A stretch of 64,000 bases of DNA from Setoptus koraiensis (taxonomy: Eukaryota > Animalia > Arthropoda): contig CM106586.1 of assembly GCA_048013815.1 (NCBI GenBank), positions 22,320,001 to 22,384,000 of the forward strand, given 5' to 3'. Shown here one piece after another: positions 12,198-23,675 of this stretch; position 1 is the first letter of the stretch, and each line of letters begins with the position of its first letter. Made by a program: the position numbers and the translations under genes. A model generated the notes under the pieces. That model was not told where the DNA came from. It did no database searches and saw only the letters and a program-made list of their open reading frames with translations.

Positions 12198-13380
12198 CGA
12201 AGGTTAACTTTGCCATGCATTCTGACCAGTTTTTAGGATACTTCAATTAGTGACTTCGTAAACTGACACTCTACTTACCTTGAATATCTACCTTGATAAT
12301 CTTCTTGAGATCGGGTTCTACTTTGTTGGAGGCAACACACTCGTAAAGACCGGAATTATGCGGTGTAGCATCATTAATCGTTAACATTCCATCGACATCC
12401 TTCAAATTGACTGTATCATTGATGTTACTATTCAACTTTATCCACCTCACCATTGGATGTGGCTGACCCTTAGCCGAGCAGTTCATTTTTGCTGTTTGCC
12501 CAACGGCAATCTTTATGTCTTGAGGTTCCACTAGCCACTTTAGTTCGGCTATATAAATCATCGATAGGATGATATTGGATATTTAATAATAAGTTGATAT
12601 GTAATCAATTGAAACTAAGTAGTAATCAAAAATTATATATTCCATCAGTCCCACCACGTCCATCAACGAGGTACGAATAGTAATATCATAGTTGAGTTAA
12701 TTAGTAAGCAAGGATACTTACCTACAACCACTAAACTTGCAGAGACACTGTCGTGACCATATGAGTTTTCCACTCGACAAGTGTATTTACCTGCGTTAAC
12801 AACAGTGATATTGGTTACCTGCAATATTGAGTGGCCTTGCTCAAACTTGATAGTATGTTGTCCCCCGTAATTGGTGTCCAATTTGTGACCATCTTTTGAC
12901 CAGTTAAATCTAAGATCATGAATGTTCTTTCCATTGGACACAATGCAAAACATTTCGGCGCTTGATCCCTCACTGTAGCTATCATCGAGCGCCATGGGAA
13001 GTAACTTTGGGATACCTGCAAAAGAAGAATATTATTGATCATTGTAAGAATATGGGTAGACAATTCATGATGCAACAAGCATGTTGAAGCAAGTTGACGC
13101 AGACAATGAAATCTCGATGATCTCTCATATATTTAATGGGTACTCGGTAGATGCGTTCATGTGTGATTTTTGTTGTTTGCTCGTCCATACAAAATATGTG
13201 AGAATGTAATTTCGGGATAATATTTTGACGAGTAATCCAATTGATCTGTGCCTACTTACTTGATTTGAGTTTACTGTTAGAATTTGCGCCATTTGCCTCT
13301 GCCGACAATGTATAAACTTCCATGATAAATAGAAACAACAACCAGCCTGATCGTTGTCGTGGCTTGTTGGCCGTATCCAT
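12198..13380 (-). CDS. Dscam: Shortened Dscam (sDscam-beta-like) variable cassette A: leader 13380-13260, Ig7-like 13015-12722, Ig8-like 12548-12279, microexon 12221-12198
   Basis: Leader MDTANKPRQRSGWLLFLFIMEVYTLSAEANG...KLKS. The Ig exons have the same lengths (294 and 270 nt) as cassette B. Canonical phase-1 GT-AG introns; frame intact. Confidence 0.87.
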
Positions 13381-14495
13381 TTGTCCGTGTAGATTGAGAA
13401 TGTTGCAACGATTTGAAATAATTGCGTTGTTTGGTCGACGATTGAATGTCTCACGTGGGATCAAACCGATTACGAGGTAAATAGAACTCTATGGATCATT
13501 TGTATATATCTATCTGAAATACTGGTCGTAGTTATGTAATAAATAAATTAATAATAAAATCTTGGTGTTATAATAACCGTAGTGAAAAGCAATTGATGAG
13601 TTGAATCAGTGTGTTTTACATTGGATTTGTTTTGTTTTTTCACGCGTTTTTTATCCGCATAAGCCACCAGCTGATATGCGGTAACAGTGCACCGAAATGG
13701 CGCCAATTTGAGCTTGAGAGCAGCGAATGTAATATGCTGCTCTGTGGAGCTCAAAGAATTGCATTACGTCAGCATCAAGTATCGTTTGATTGCGTTTTGT
13801 TCAAATGTATGTAAGTACAAAAAAGAGATGAGAAAAGAAAGTGGTTTTCTCGTTAGGAGAATGGCCTGAGAAAAGAAAAAAGCAGCAACAACAGCAGCAA
13901 TTTAGTGAGTTACACACACACACCATTTGGTGGTAGTTGAAGAAGCACTAAACTTGTTATTACAAATCATTATTATTTCTATTGATGCTATTATTACATG
14001 CAGTTGGACATGTTAGAGAGACAGGGAGACAGAGCATCCACACTTGTTGTAGTATACAAACAAACAAAGTGGCCGCTGGTCGATGACAATCTATTCTTAT
14101 CATCAATAGCACTGACGATGAGAACTCGGTGTGCCGTGTCCATCGACTCACCTTTAGCGACGGCTATTATGCAACGGTAAAGGAGTTTTAGACACTTGGA
14201 CACTTTGGAACAGCGCTGACCGATTACCTAGACACACAGTGATGACTTGGACTTGGTGGGTCATTTCATCGGCATTCGGCCATCGTCACTCGATCAGTGA
14301 TTCACTCAAACACTTGACACAGCATTCATCACTCGTCTACGAGCTGATTCAATGACAGCAATCACTGGCAATTGACAATACAGCAAATCTGACTGTATAT
14401 CTGACCATGTGATGTATATGTGATAGCACCAATGAACGAGCACCAATATTGTTGGCAGTGTTAGATGGCGTCATTCATTATAATTATCAATCGAA

Positions 14496-14704
14496 ATGTG
14501 CACGCCAAACCTATTGCGTGATACATCACCATTGTTATTGTTGTCCAATACCAACGAAAGTGGTAGATATTACAAGAACTCATCAGTGGTGCTGGCCAAC
14601 TGCGGCACCAACACCAACAACAACATCTACAACATTGGCGACAGCAGAGGCAGCAGGCAAAAAGAAACGAAAGATGGCGAACACTACAAATTGAATGACA
14701 ACAA

Positions 14705-14735
<31 letters not shown>

Positions 14736-17700
14736 AACAACAGCAACAACAATGACACCGACGAAGATGGAAATGAAGAAGATGAAACGCCAGTGCAGAG
14801 TGACGCCAATGAAGAGCATTGTGACGACGAAGACAGCAGCAAAGAAATACTTGGACTGCCGTACACTGGCTCGACAAACGTCTATCCATCAGACAGCATA
14901 AATGGAGAGGAGATGGGCCAAAATAAAGAGCAACAGCAATACAATAAGGAGAGATCGTTTAGGATTGTAGCTGCTAAACGGCTTTCCAACAAAACAGCGC
15001 CACCAACAGCAACAACAACAACAACGACAGCAGCAAATGGCCACGATTGTAAATTAAACGAAAGCCCGGAGCGACCGGACCACAACAATAACAGTTTTAA
15101 TTATAGCAATCTCAGCAACAACAACAACAGCAACACCAATAATAACCATTGCCACCAGGTAAAACAAACAAGGAGATACCATTCAATTGATTTCTCTCCT
15201 GACCATTACAACGCCGCTGGCCACAACGGTGCAACGGTACGTCCACTTGTAGTATATGATGATGATGATGATCAAATCGTCGTAAATAGTAATAATGATG
15301 ACAATGACGATGACTCACTTAACCACGTTGGCATATATCAAAGCATCAATAATAGCCCTGGTGGTAATAATAAGAGTTTTCGTCTGATTAGAACAATAAC
15401 AGGTAACAATCAGCAGCAGCAACAACAAAAATCTTTGTCCATAAATGATAGTCGCTTGTTAGCTGCTGCGGCAGCGGCCAGAGGATTGATTATAGCAAAA
15501 AGAAGTCGCCGTTGTCAAATATCTGGCCCTGCCACCAGTGACAATAATAGCCTAGCCAGTTTAGCCGCGTCCGTAACAAGATCGTCGTTTATAAACAAAC
15601 AAAAGACAAACAACAACCAGCAGCAGCAGCAGCATTTTGCATCGTTGTCGTTTCGTCCAGTTAGCAGAAATAAGCTCACTAGATCCATAGTAAGTAGATT
15701 GTCGACAGGCAAACGATTACAGACTGAGCTAGATTGTCATGAATTAGCCAGTTATTCGTTAGTCGATGATAATCATCGATTGGCGCAACAACAACAACAA
15801 CAACATCATCATCATTTTAAAAGATCGTCGTCGTCTGTTGCGTCATCTACTGACCCAAGCTCGTCGTCGCCGTCGTCAACGTCGTCCACATCAGTGGCGT
15901 GCACCTCGTCGCCTACACACCATTCTGATGGGCAACAACATTACGCAGCAACAAGTGGCCTGACATCATCAAGCAAGAGGAGAAGTGTTAGATTTATACA
16001 ATCAAAGTGTTTGCCACCACCAGTGAATCATCCCACCTTCAAGAAGAGCAATTCTCAATTGATATTATGCACGACAGCAGCTCCAGCAACGACAACAACA
16101 ACAACAACGAGCCTCGACAATGCCAACAACAAGCAGCCGGCCGATAATAGTAGCACCACAAACAGCGACCATAGCAGCAAAGTTCCACCCGTCAAGGCTA
16201 GACTGAGGTCCTCGTTGCTGACAAACAGACAGCAACAACCACAGGCTTGCGTTGCATCGGAGCTGTCAGAGCGGACTGATTTTAATGGGGGTCAACTGAT
16301 TGCTGACCAGCAAGCAGAACAGCAACTGACAACGTCACGCCGACGATCGCATCAGGCGAGCAACAACCAAGGCGATTCAACGCCCGACACAAGACGGCAC
16401 CAACACCAACAACAACAGCAGCAACAACAGCAGCAACAACAGCAGCAACAACAGCAACAACAACAGCAGCAACGACAGCAACAACAAGAGGCCAAACAGG
16501 AGTCGCTGCTGGATTTATCCGATGACAACATGCACCGATCACAGTTGTACATGATGGCAGGAACGCGACCGGCAACGCTCACATCGAGCAAGTCACCCGC
16601 TCACAGCGACTATTATACCAACAGCGGCAACAGCAACAACAACAACACCGCCAACAGCAGCAGCAACAACAACGCCAACAACAGAGTTGCTGTTGGTCAT
16701 TTGGTCAATCAGCAGCAGCGAAAGGCGGCCCAACATCGTCAGCAGCAACAGGCCAGATTACATGCAGCAGCGACCACTAATCACTATTCAATGGCCACCA
16801 CCGAATTAGATTCGGGTTCGTCGGCCGCATCGTCGGCCTCGTCGCTAACATGCCCACTAAATACCTCCACTTCGACGGGTACCACTGTGGCCGGTCACCG
16901 GCATCGTCACCACAAGCGTCACGATGAGTTTGTCGTAAGCAGTGGGGGCGCCGGTTCGTTGTATCACGCAACAGATGTAAACAACAACAACAGCAGCAGC
17001 AGCAGCATCGTCAAGACAGCAAACAACAACAACAGAAGAGTGAAATCGTCGTCTAACACAACCATGTTGTATCATGTAAATCGCGCCCCTGTCGTGGGCA
17101 AGCGACAACATCAATTGCGCAACAACACTGTTGATATCAACGATTATGAAGTGCAAGATGACGACGACGACGACGACGACGAGGATGTGGATGACGATGA
17201 TGATGAAGACGATGAAAATTATGACGACTTGCGGGATGATTACATCGACGGGGGCCTCATTAACCAAAATTATCACGATGCACGTCAGTATCGTCATTTG
17301 CGTCACGCTAGCACTGGCAGCGGCCAAACCAACCAACCAATTAAAGTCGGCAACGGCACCAAGAAACTGCAAGATCACACGTCGAGGCTGTTGAAGCAGC
17401 CAGTGGCGGTCCAACAGCAAAAGCACGCCAACAATGACATCAACAACAACAACAACAGCGACAACAACAACGACAGCAAGACTCAGGTGAGAAGGGCGAT
17501 TCGGCCGGCTCCCCCGCCTGTGCCCAACAAAAATCAGCGCCACCAAGCGGCCAATAATAGTGGCCAGACAGCGGCGTCCGGTTCGCCGAAACACGACGCC
17601 ACCAGCGGCGGCATTACGGGCCAGCCGGCGCCGGCCGACGGCAACAATGGTCGCGGAGTAGCAGCCGCGTCCGCTTCTTGGCGCCGTTACCTGACATCCG

Positions 17701-19535
17701 CCCTGTTGGGCAACAACAACCAGCGACAGCAGCAGCGAGTGTTTGACACGCCAAAGCAGACTAGACAAAACAACAGCAACAACAACAACAACAGCAACAA
17801 CAACAGCAACAACAACAACAACAACAACAAAACAAACAACAACGCCAGTTTGGGCGGCAAAACAACGGCGGCCAAATTGTCATCGGGCAACAAGAGTCGC
17901 AGTGCGCAACATTTGGCAAGCCACTCGCTTGCCGCAAACGGAGCTTGCGGCAACGGCGCAAATACTAACGGTGCTGGCTTGCAGCGACAGGTTGTTGGAT
18001 CGAGCGAACAATTGTCGGCAGCCGTGTGCCGGGCGGTAGAGGATGCGCAAGCCATGCAGTTTGTCAGCAGTTACGTCAATCAGTCGTCGCACAATGTTAC
18101 GCAACACCAACAGCCGAATCATCATTTGAACAACAGCAACAATTACAGCGCCTCTTGTGTGTATCAGACGCCCCAGCGAGGCCGCTCGTCCACATTCTCG
18201 GGCCTGTTGCTTGCCGGCCCGCTCGCACAACAACCGCACCAACAACCACAACCTGTTGCGTCGGGCCACCATCGGCATCAGCTGCTGTACCCCTCGAGCG
18301 GTCAGCAACAACAACACAGCAACACCATATACGCGCCAATCGCACAAGCGCAAGCGAGCCAGCAGCACCAATCCATGTCCGCGATGCAGCACCAATCCAT
18401 GTCAGCGATGCAGCACCATCAGAGTCAACATCAGGTGCCCCTGTTGGTGCCCCATTACACAAGCAGGCATCATTGCGGCGGCGGCCAAGCGGTCAGCAGC
18501 AGCGACCCCTTTGGCACGTACGCAAATCTGGCCCAGGCTATAGCATCCGCTCAACAGCATCACCAAGTGGCCATTGTGCCAACTAGCAATAAACTCAATC
18601 AACTTGTTGCCACTGGTCACTCCACTTATCCGTTCAACTGTCAAACTAACCAAGCCACCCGAACTGACCACCACCATCACCATCAGCAGCGCTATTGTGG
18701 CTCTCATCATCATCATCGGGGCTCGTCGTCCACATTGGGTTTTGCCTATCACCACCACCATCATCATCAGCACAATAATAATAATAGTGCAAGCTCTGCG
18801 GCGCCCTCCTCCATCTACGGCGCCCTGCCCAGCAGACCGGCGCCCGTTAGACCGCCGCAACAAGCCGCAACCATATTTGCCACTAACACTTCCGGTTTGA
18901 TTCATCATACCCACACCTCAAACCATCAGCCGGCTGCCCCAATGCCCAGTTCCCTTTTGTATACGGCCAATGGTCAGCCAATGACGGTTGCGCATCTCAC
19001 ATCACACATACCGACTGGTCGTCAGATATTGCTTGCTGACACCAACAACAACAGCAGCAGCAACAACAGCAACAACAACAACAATCACAGACATCACCTG
19101 TCGTATGCAATCTCAACCATTCCGCCGCAGTCGGTGCCACCGCTTCAGATGGCCAGCGCGGCCGGTGTCGGTCATCACGGGCTTGGCGGGCAAAATGGGG
19201 CCCCGTTGCAATTGCCCATTTTGGCCGCTGTCGCTGCCGGCACAAATCAAGCGGCCAACATTGCAAACAATCAGCAGCAACAACAATCTGTGTCGTCTGT
19301 GAATGCCAGCAGCAAATCAACTCTGTTGAGTAATCACCATGCAAATTACATTGACATAGACGAGGCCATCAAGCACAGCAATCAGGCACAATACCCAAAA
19401 TGCAGATATCCGGCCCCAATTGAGTGCTTTCGTCAGACCGATCTAGTGATATTGTGGTCGGCTTTGGCGATCATCTCTATCGTGTTGTTTTTCGGCGTTG
19501 CCATTTGTTCGCGAGCACTCACCGCCAATACTTGA
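14496..19535 (+). CDS. 1679-aa single-exon, low-complexity (poly-N/Q/H/D/S) protein with one C-terminal TM segment; function unknown
   Basis: Uninterrupted 5-kb ORF. Hydrophobic LVILWSALAIISIVLFFGVAIC lies within ~30 aa of the stop. No globular domain recognised. Confidence 0.75.
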
Positions 19536-20237
19536 TGTGACATTGTTATTATAATAATACGTTACATATATGTAGAGCAATGTATTATACTCCCAAATAC
19601 GTTTGGCCGAATTTCGCCCAAATTGTGGATCTGGCCGGATCTTGCCCGAATTGTCCGCGTACAGGTGACTTTTCAGACAGGTGATTCGCACACATTGGCA
19701 CAGTGAACAGATACACACACATGTACGCCGCATTGTTGTCTGGAGCGACAAAAAGCATCTTTTGGGGTTTTATTGAGGGACAGACAACTGGGCAGCACAT
19801 TGTACTAAACCAACAACAAGCCGGACAAAGCGAACCAAATAAGGACAGTTCACCACTAAAAGTGAAGAAATGCCAAGGAGAAAAAGAATAAGAGAAATAG
19901 GAATATTTTTACTTGTTGCACATTGCAGTCGCGACAATCTGAGAAGAGAATTGTCACGCTCAACAAAGAGGCCGAACAATGGCAGCAATATAGTCTAGTC
20001 TAGTTAGTTTCCATAAACAGTTTATATATAAAAATGTTGTTGTTATCGTAACCTGATCAGCAGCGAGCCAACAGCCAACCGAAACAGGTTGCTAACCGAC
20101 ATTGTAAAGGACTCAATGGAGCAAACAAACAGGGCATTCATACAGGGCTCTTCATTGTTATTATTTTTCATTATAAATTGAAAAATCCAACCAATCTTCT
20201 CATGTAACAATCGATCGGGCCATTCGTTTCATAGCTT

Positions 20238-20289
20238 ATGATTCATAACTTATCCAATGATTCATAACTTATCTAATGATTCATAACTT
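20238..20289. repeat. 19-bp tandem repeat x3
   Basis: ATGATTCATAACTTATCCA / ...TCTA / partial third copy. Confidence 0.9.
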
Positions 20290-22143
20290 GTGAATCACAA
20301 GGGCATCCAAGAGAGCACAATTTGTAAGTTAAGTCATTTGTTTCAGTCGTATTCCACACTGGTCAATATCTCTCATCGGCCAGGCCATACTTTTCGCCCA
20401 TCGGCCAGCTTTTTTGGGGCTTTTGTTCGAGTTTTCGGGTGCACGAAAAATCCGCACTCGGCCGCCCCTTGTGAGCGCTACAGCGTCGAAGCCCTAGTTT
20501 CGAAACCCGAAATCACCATTCGGCCGAAGCAATTTCGAGCTCGACTCGTGCATTGCGCGTACTTCGTAGCTGTAAAACAAGTGATTTTCATCTGTTGACT
20601 GCATCCAGTCTTGTTATTGCAAAACGTTTTCGAACCGTGATGTGAACAGCGAATCTCAAAAGTTTTTCTGAAACTTTTTCCAGGGCAAAATCAGCGCCAG
20701 AAAAAAACTGCCATACAAATTGTATGATACAATGCTCACGAGCACTTATGAAACGGCCATCAGGATATTTCCACCAGGTTGTTCTCGTTTGCCGCCGACT
20801 GCTGCCATGTCCAACAAGACACAAAAGGCTCCATTGTTGCAACGGGCCATTTCTGTGTGGACAAGTGATCTTGATCTGCACTCTATCAATCGATTGCAGA
20901 TCGATCCGAACTTTAAATTCCAAAGTACGATTGCAAAGTTATCGCTGGAAATATATTGCTGGCAGTCAGTTCATGAAGTGTGTCAACAAAAAGACGACAA
21001 CAATCGAACTGCATCAAGTGGTCGATAACAACAATTTATAGTTTGTTGAGTCTTGAGTCAATACAAGTTATTGTTAAAAATGATGATACTTATTCTTTTC
21101 GTTCGCTTCCATCCATTTATTGCATCCAGTGGAAATTCTTCGTGTGTGTGACCGCTTGTGTCGCTCGCTTGTCGAAGGTTCTTTTGGTCGCTCCGTCTCG
21201 GTCGCTTCTTCTTGATCGGTGTTTCCACGATCTGCCGCGAATGCTGCCATTAGATGCACCAATTAGATGATGAGAAGAAGCATCGCTCGACAACGGACAC
21301 TGTTGCCGTGCAACAGACAGCCATAATACGATAGACAGTACGATGAGAGTTTCAGTCACTTTCACATCACAATTCGCTGCGAATAGACGAGAGTCTAAAT
21401 ACTTTCTTCTACATCTATTGTCTCTCTGTCAGATGACTTTTTATCATGATTTGTCCCATGTCTCATGTGAAGTGTCTACATGAGAAACGTAACGCATATG
21501 ACACACGACAGGTCAACTGACTCGTTAGTGAGTTGTCTCGAGCTTGTCAGAGTGGGTTCCGTTGAGCTCATCGTGAGCTCGTTGTTCACTCTCTGCTGAC
21601 GTTTGTCAGCACACGGTGACTCAAACAAAACGCAAATCATTAAATAAGCTGCTCGCTGCCCCATTTATCTGGCAGCAAGCATGATTTATTTATTTTATCC
21701 ATAATTTATAGTATAGTATTTATTTAAATTTATCTGGTGTGACGGGCGCAAGCAAGCCGAGCCCACAACAGCTGTTCACCTGTCAACGGTGAGTCGCTAA
21801 TCAAAGTGTTTGTGTGTCGCTTCGGTCTAACTGGTCAGAAAAAATCGCCTTCGGACTATAACCAATGCCTGCGCGCCCGCCTATAACTAATATTGTAAGA
21901 CATTGAATTAAAATTGAATAAAGATTCAAATTTGAACTGATACCCAACTGTTTTGATTGGTTTGGTTTGTTGGTTGGTTGGTTTGGTTTGTTGGTTGATT
22001 GGTTGGTTCGGTTTTTTTTCTGTTTTTTTTTCGTTTTGTTCTGAAAAAAAAAATAAATTCATAATTTTATTTATTAGTGACAGTGTTACTAGTGTTAAGT
22101 TTGAGAAGAAAACGAATTGTAAACCTATCCATCTATGGAAATT

Positions 22144-22281
22144 GGTATCATCTCAAGAGTAAGAAGAGAGGTTCATGCAGTCGGCCCCGATGGTGCCATT
22201 ATTAACTCGACTGATGTTCCTCGTATTCAAGCTACATTCACTGAAGGTGCTTTAACTAAAAGAATCAAAGTTGATATTCAG
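22144..22281 (+). pseudogene. Isolated ankyrin ZU5 (second ZU5 domain) fragment
   Basis: GIISRVRREVHAVGPDGAIINSTDVPRIQATFTEGALTKRIKVDIQ aligns by eye to the ankyrin motif VSRIRQEVHAIGPEGG...VPQVQAVFPQGALTKKIKVGLQ. No other ankyrin exons are nearby. Confidence 0.8.
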
Positions 22282-23217
22282 CTGAGGACACTGCACATGC
22301 AGAATCAGTCAAATTCTTAACCACTGATCATATGAGAGGCCTGGGCGAAGGTAACTCTCACATGGATGTTCGACAATACGAAATGAGTCAAGACATAACA
22401 TTCTTGTCTCGCGATTTCACCGCACCATGCAAACCAATCGCGAGGCTGGAATAATCAGCTCGTGGAATATCTGGCGCACAAGATTCAGGTCCTCATACGA
22501 TAAGATAATTATCTACGGTGGCTCAGCCACAATATTGAATAATTGATAGGTAAATTCAACTGAAGCCTGATCCCATCAACCTTACAGCAGTCAGCGCAAA
22601 AACAATTCGACTCACAAGAGGGTCAGATTCTCTATAATAATGACAATCGTTATGTCATCGAACAAGCAAATTATAATTATCGTATATTTATTATATTTTG
22701 CACTCTAAGCACACCCAATTGGACCGACAGGGATGAACACTAAACTAGCATGTTGTTAAGTACATCATCAAAATGTCTGACGCCTCAATCGGCATCACCA
22801 ACTGGAGATGCAATCCAGTCAACTCGTCAACTTTAAATAATCTCACATGCACGCAATTGTAAAGGTCATATGATGAATCTGATATACTCCACACACATAT
22901 AATCCATAAATCCGTGCATCCATTATTTTAATAATACGTAATATTATTACATGTTACATACAACAATAGGCTTACATTTGATACAATGTTTGCCATGATG
23001 ACCCGCTGATGATAGTACCTACTCTAATAGAGGCACACTGTTCGATACACGAAGCAATAACAACTATTACGTTAGGAGTACAACAACGATAAAAAAATAC
23101 TACATCGATGTCTGCACAAGCTGTTCAGGCTATCGGAGACAATAATCATGAAAACATGAATCTTCTTTCGACAGAGGCCAAACTGGATGTGAATAGCGAT
23201 TTATTATGTTAGCAAGA

Positions 23218-23328
23218 GAGCTGGTATCACTTGTCGGCTGGGCTAAACAAATACCAGGGTTCTCTGATTCACAACGATCATCAAAAGATACACTTACCTT
23301 AAGACTGATTGTGTTGGGCCTCGCTTAG
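23218..23328 (+). pseudogene. Decayed nuclear-receptor ligand-binding-domain fragment (ERR/NR3B-like)
   Basis: ELVSLVGWAKQIPGFSD matches the ERR helix 3-4 signature (RELV..IGWAKQIPGF). It is followed by a degenerate region and LIVLGLA*. Confidence 0.7.
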
Positions 23329-23586
23329 GTTTTTAATTCAATGTTGATTGGTTTGATATTCAAAAATTAACACACGATTTCGTTGGTATTTCTTGATTCT
23401 TTGGGTTTCTAAACTGGTTTTCGATTGAGAAATACTATTGGTGCAAGTAACTTGACTGATTGATGTGGTTAGAACGATTGCAAAACTCGAACTGAAATTA
23501 GAACAGGGTAAATCGAAGATCGAGGACGATCAACACGCTCCCCCGGAGGAGTAGGATGTTAAGTTTGAGAAGAAAACGAATTGTAA

Positions 23587-23675
23587 ACCTATCCATCTAT
23601 GGAAATAATCCATAGATGGATAGGTAATAAAATGAGAGTCGGCCTAGCGCCGAGGCTAGGTCGACTAGGGGTTAA
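23587..23675. mobile_element. Double hairpin ending in CTAG-GGG-TTAA (possible Helitron/Helentron or piggyBac-type terminus)
   Basis: Perfect 17-bp stem ACCTATCCATCTATGGA-aataa-TCCATAGATGGATAGGT at 23587-23625. 11-bp GC stem at 23638-23665. CTAG at 23665-23668 and TTAA at 23672-23675. Confidence 0.5.

Larger units (their letters stand above)
22093..23606. repeat. Identical 50-bp direct repeat (22093-22142 and 23557-23606) flanking the captured fragments
   Basis: TGTTAAGTTTGAGAAGAAAACGAATTGTAAACCTATCCATCTATGGAAAT occurs at both positions. Confidence 0.92.
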
